Assembly (NCBI GenBank): GCA_963843145.1
Contig: CAWJJC010000020.1
Coordinates: 192,001-256,000, forward strand
Length of the DNA stretch: 64,000 nt
Direction: 5' to 3'
From: an uncultured delta proteobacterium
GTDB taxonomy: Bacteria; Desulfobacterota; RBG-13-43-22
Below, piece by piece: positions 61,298 to 64,000 of the stretch (its first letter is position 1; every line of letters starts with the position of its first letter). The notes beneath the pieces are model-generated. The model saw nothing but the letters and a program-made list of their open reading frames with translations. It was not told where the DNA came from and searched no databases. A program made the position numbers and the translations under genes.

Positions 61298-61639
61298 TTG
61301 GAGGTTGCGGTAGCCCAAACCTTTCGACCGGAAGATCGGGTCCGAAAACATCGCGATTTTGTGCAACGATCGCCGCAAACCCAAAAACTGCGCCTGGCCC
61401 ACTTTTTAGTCGTAATTAAACCGAACACCTGGGAACGCCCCCGGTTGGGATTGTCCGTAGGAAAAGAACGGGGAGGGGCCGTCGAACGCAACCGGATCAA
61501 ACGGCGGTTGCGGGAATTTTTTCGCCGGAATAAAGGCCGTCTCCCGCCTTCCCGGGACATCATCATTATCGCCTTAAAAGGATCGAGCCCATTAACATAC
61601 CATCAGGTTGTCGAAGAGTTGACCCCCCTATTGGTTTGA
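61298..61639 (+). CDS. rnpA: RNase P protein component
   Basis: RLGLSV, AVERNRIKRRLRE; synteny. Confidence 0.93.
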   Translation: MEVAVAQTFRPEDRVRKHRDFVQRSPQTQKLRLAHFLVVIKPNTWERPRLGLSVGKERGGAVERNRIKRRLREFFRRNKGRLPPSRDIIIIALKGSSPLTYHQVVEELTPLLV

Positions 61640-61869
61640 TCAGGTTAGGGTACGGCCTCATTAGGAGCTTTTTTATAATAGGGATCCGAGGGTATCAGTG
61701 GGTAATTTCTCCCTTGTTCCCCTCCTCCTGCCGTTTTTATCCCACCTGTTCGGAATATGCTATCCAGGCCATTCAAACCTATGGTCTCTGCCGGGGGATA
61801 GCCCTGTCCTTGAAAAGGATAGGGCGCTGCCACCCTTTCTCACCTGGTGGGTTTGACCCCATCCGTTAA
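61636..61869 (+). CDS. yidD: Membrane protein insertion efficiency factor
   Basis: YQWVISP, CRFYPTCSEYA, RCHPF..GGFDP. Confidence 0.93.
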   Translation: MIRLGYGLIRSFFIIGIRGYQWVISPLFPSSCRFYPTCSEYAIQAIQTYGLCRGIALSLKRIGRCHPFSPGGFDPIR

Positions 61870-61909
61870 GGGCCGGTAATTCGACATTGACCCGGAGCCG
61901 ATCGACATT

Positions 61910-63562
61910 ATGATGGATAAAAAAGTTATCTTGGCCTTTGCCCTGTCTGTGGCGGTTTTTGTCCTCTACTCTTTTTTTCTCGGACCCAAAGAACCGGTTA
62001 AACCGCCAACTTCCAAACCCGGACAGCCGTCCAGCACGCCGATCGCTGAATCCCAGGCCGTTGCCCCTCCCGTAACGGCCGCCGCGGACGCTCCCACGAC
62101 GTCCTCGGCCCCGTCCTCCGCCAAGCCGGCTAAAGACATCACCGTTAAAACCAAATGGTATCAGGCCGTCTTTTCCGAAAGGGGAGGGAGCCTGAAAAGT
62201 TTTAAATTAACCGCCTACAAAGAACGGTTGGGGGATAAAGCCCTCAAGGAATTGATCGAGGTCCGGGAGGCCGACCAGTATCCCCTGCAACTGGAATGGA
62301 TTAAGAAAACCCAGCCCCCCTTAAACCAGGCCTTCTTTCAAGCCGATCGCACCTCCCTGGAATTGACCCCCCAGCAACCTCAGGGTATCCTGAATTTTCG
62401 TTTCGTCTCCGATCAAGGAATTAGCGTAATCAAGACCTTTACCTTTTCTTATGATTCCTACCGCATCGGCCTGGGGTTGAAGGTCATTAACGGCGCTTCA
62501 AAACCCCTGGATGACAATTTAGCCATTTTGCTGGAAAATAGTTTTCCGAAAACCGACAGAGCCGCCGCCGCCTTCCAAGGTGAACTGAGTTTAGTCAATG
62601 GCAAATTTGAATCAAAAAATATCAGCAAGTTCGATAAGGAATCGGTTCAGACCGGAAAAATCGAATGGGGTGCGCTCTCCGACACCTATTTCATGGGCGC
62701 CCTCGCGCCCGTGGATAGCGAGGGGATCGTCAGCCTGAAGACCAGCCGGCCCGCCCCGGATCAGTTGATGTCGACTTTTATCCTGCCCCCGATCAATCTG
62801 CCGTCCGGTGCGGAAAAAACCCTTCAGTATGCCCTCTATTTCGGCCCGCGGGATCTCAATATCTTGACACCCCTGAACCTGCAATTGGAAAAGGCCGTCA
62901 ATTTCGGGTTCTTTGACATTGTCTCCAAGCCCTTGCTTTGGGTACTGAATTTCTTTTACGGGTATCTCCATAATTATGGCTGGGCCATTATCCTCTTGAC
63001 CATCCTGGTGAAAATCGTCTTCTGGCCCTTGACCCATAAAAGCTACAAGTCCATGAAGGACATGCAAAAACTGCAGCCCAAGATGGCTAAGATCCGGGAA
63101 AAACATAAAGACAACAAAGAACAAATGAACCAGGAAATGATGGCCTTGTATAAAACCTACAAGGTTAATCCCATGGGGGGCTGTCTGCCCATGGTGATCC
63201 AGATACCGGTCTTTTTCGCCCTCTACAGCCTCTTGGGGTACGCCATCGAACTTCGGCACGCCCCATTTTTACTTTGGATCACTGACCTGGCGGCGCCGGA
63301 TCGCCTGCCGATCGGGGTCCCGATCCCCTATGTCGGCGAAGGGATTCCGGTATTGACCCTGCTCATGGGGGTCTCCATGTTCATTCAACAAAAAATGACT
63401 CCGACCACAGGCGATCCGACTCAGGCCAAAATCATGCTCTTTCTGCCGGTGGTCTTTACTTTCATGTTTATCAATTTTGCGGCGGGGTTGGTTTTGTACT
63501 GGCTGGTCAATAACGTCCTATCCATAGGTCAACAATACTATATCAACAAGTATGTGAATTGA
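61910..63562 (+). CDS. yidC: Membrane protein insertase YidC
   Basis: YFGP, NYGWAIILLT, GGCLPMVIQIPVF, GLVLYW..NN. Confidence 0.96.
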   Translation: MMDKKVILAFALSVAVFVLYSFFLGPKEPVKPPTSKPGQPSSTPIAESQAVAPPVTAAADAPTTSSAPSSAKPAKDITVKTKWYQAVFSERGGSLKSFKLTAYKERLGDKALKELIEVREADQYPLQLEWIKKTQPPLNQAFFQADRTSLELTPQQPQGILNFRFVSDQGISVIKTFTFSYDSYRIGLGLKVINGASKPLDDNLAILLENSFPKTDRAAAAFQGELSLVNGKFESKNISKFDKESVQTGKIEWGALSDTYFMGALAPVDSEGIVSLKTSRPAPDQLMSTFILPPINLPSGAEKTLQYALYFGPRDLNILTPLNLQLEKAVNFGFFDIVSKPLLWVLNFFYGYLHNYGWAIILLTILVKIVFWPLTHKSYKSMKDMQKLQPKMAKIREKHKDNKEQMNQEMMALYKTYKVNPMGGCLPMVIQIPVFFALYSLLGYAIELRHAPFLLWITDLAAPDRLPIGVPIPYVGEGIPVLTLLMGVSMFIQQKMTPTTGDPTQAKIMLFLPVVFTFMFINFAAGLVLYWLVNNVLSIGQQYYINKYVN

Positions 63563-63584
63563 TTCAGGCTACGGGGGGGTACCT

Positions 63585-64000
63585 ATGGCTCTGCTTGAGG
63601 TTGAAGGAAAAACGGTCGAAGAGGCCATTGAAATCGCCTGCCGGGAACTCAAGGTTTCCCGGGATAAACTGGAAATAGAGGTCCTCTCGGCCGGATCCAC
63701 CGGCATTTTTGGTATTGTGGGCACCAAAAAGGCGAAAATCAAAGCCCTCCTGGTGGAAGAAAAGACCGAACCGGCTTTGGAGGAGGAATCCAGCCCCGTT
63801 GCTATCCCCGAACGGAGGGAGCAGGCCGACCTGGCCAGGGAGATGGAGACCATCGCCGGGAAAATCCTGGAGTTGATGGAACTGGAAGCTCAGGTGAAGG
63901 TGAAAACCGAGGGTAATACCATTACCCTTGTCGTGGAGGGCGAAAAGAGCGGCTTGTTGATCGGCCGCCAGGGCCAAACGATCGATGCCCTGCAATATAT
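63585..64000 (+). CDS. jag: Jag/EloR (KhpB) RNA-binding protein, partial
   Basis: EGKTVEEAI, GIFG..G.KKA, LLIGRQGQTIDALQY; synteny after yidC. Confidence 0.9.
   Translation, partial: MALLEVEGKTVEEAIEIACRELKVSRDKLEIEVLSAGSTGIFGIVGTKKAKIKALLVEEKTEPALEEESSPVAIPERREQADLAREMETIAGKILELMELEAQVKVKTEGNTITLVVEGEKSGLLIGRQGQTIDALQY

Noticed and set aside
15-63995. Long antisense ORFs such as 563..1252, 26763..27575, 46434..47252, 51363..52637, 59711..60682
   Set aside because: Shadows of well-supported opposite-strand genes in GC-rich DNA, with no motifs of their own.

Overview
Chromosomal window from a GC-rich anaerobic bacterium; gene content is Desulfobacterota/Deltaproteobacteria-like (inferred). 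Order: (1) a minus-strand respiratory/NADPH block: DUF2231-cytochrome c, quinol-dependent NO reductase, DUF488, gnd-zwf-tal running directly into nuoA-nuoBCD-nuoE-nuoF-nuoG; (2) a cluster of UbiB, UbiE, UbiA, a second methyltransferase, SRPBCC and cytochrome b5-DUF2231 genes wrapped around inositol-3-phosphate synthase and a TIM-barrel isomerase; (3) a TetR-controlled YbhGFSR/TolC-type efflux operon; (4) an AT-richer island with SGNH hydrolases and an sxtIJK-like carbamoyltransferase trio; (5) decayed signalling genes and a diguanylate cyclase; (6) a sigma54 two-component module ending in a DsrE-like selenoprotein (in-frame UGA plus SECIS); (7) a fluoride riboswitch ahead of a cation:proton antiporter; (8) housekeeping queH, sucCD, paaK, hppA, rpmH-rnpA-yidD-yidC-jag. 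Top hypotheses: a natural NADPH-oxidising complex I (NuoF CGEET changed to CGETK, operonic with zwf/gnd), and an inositol-linked prenylquinone or prenyl-cyclitol pathway. Several single-base indels lie in homopolymer runs, so some sequencing noise is likely. No rRNA, tRNA, CRISPR array or intact transposase was recognised.
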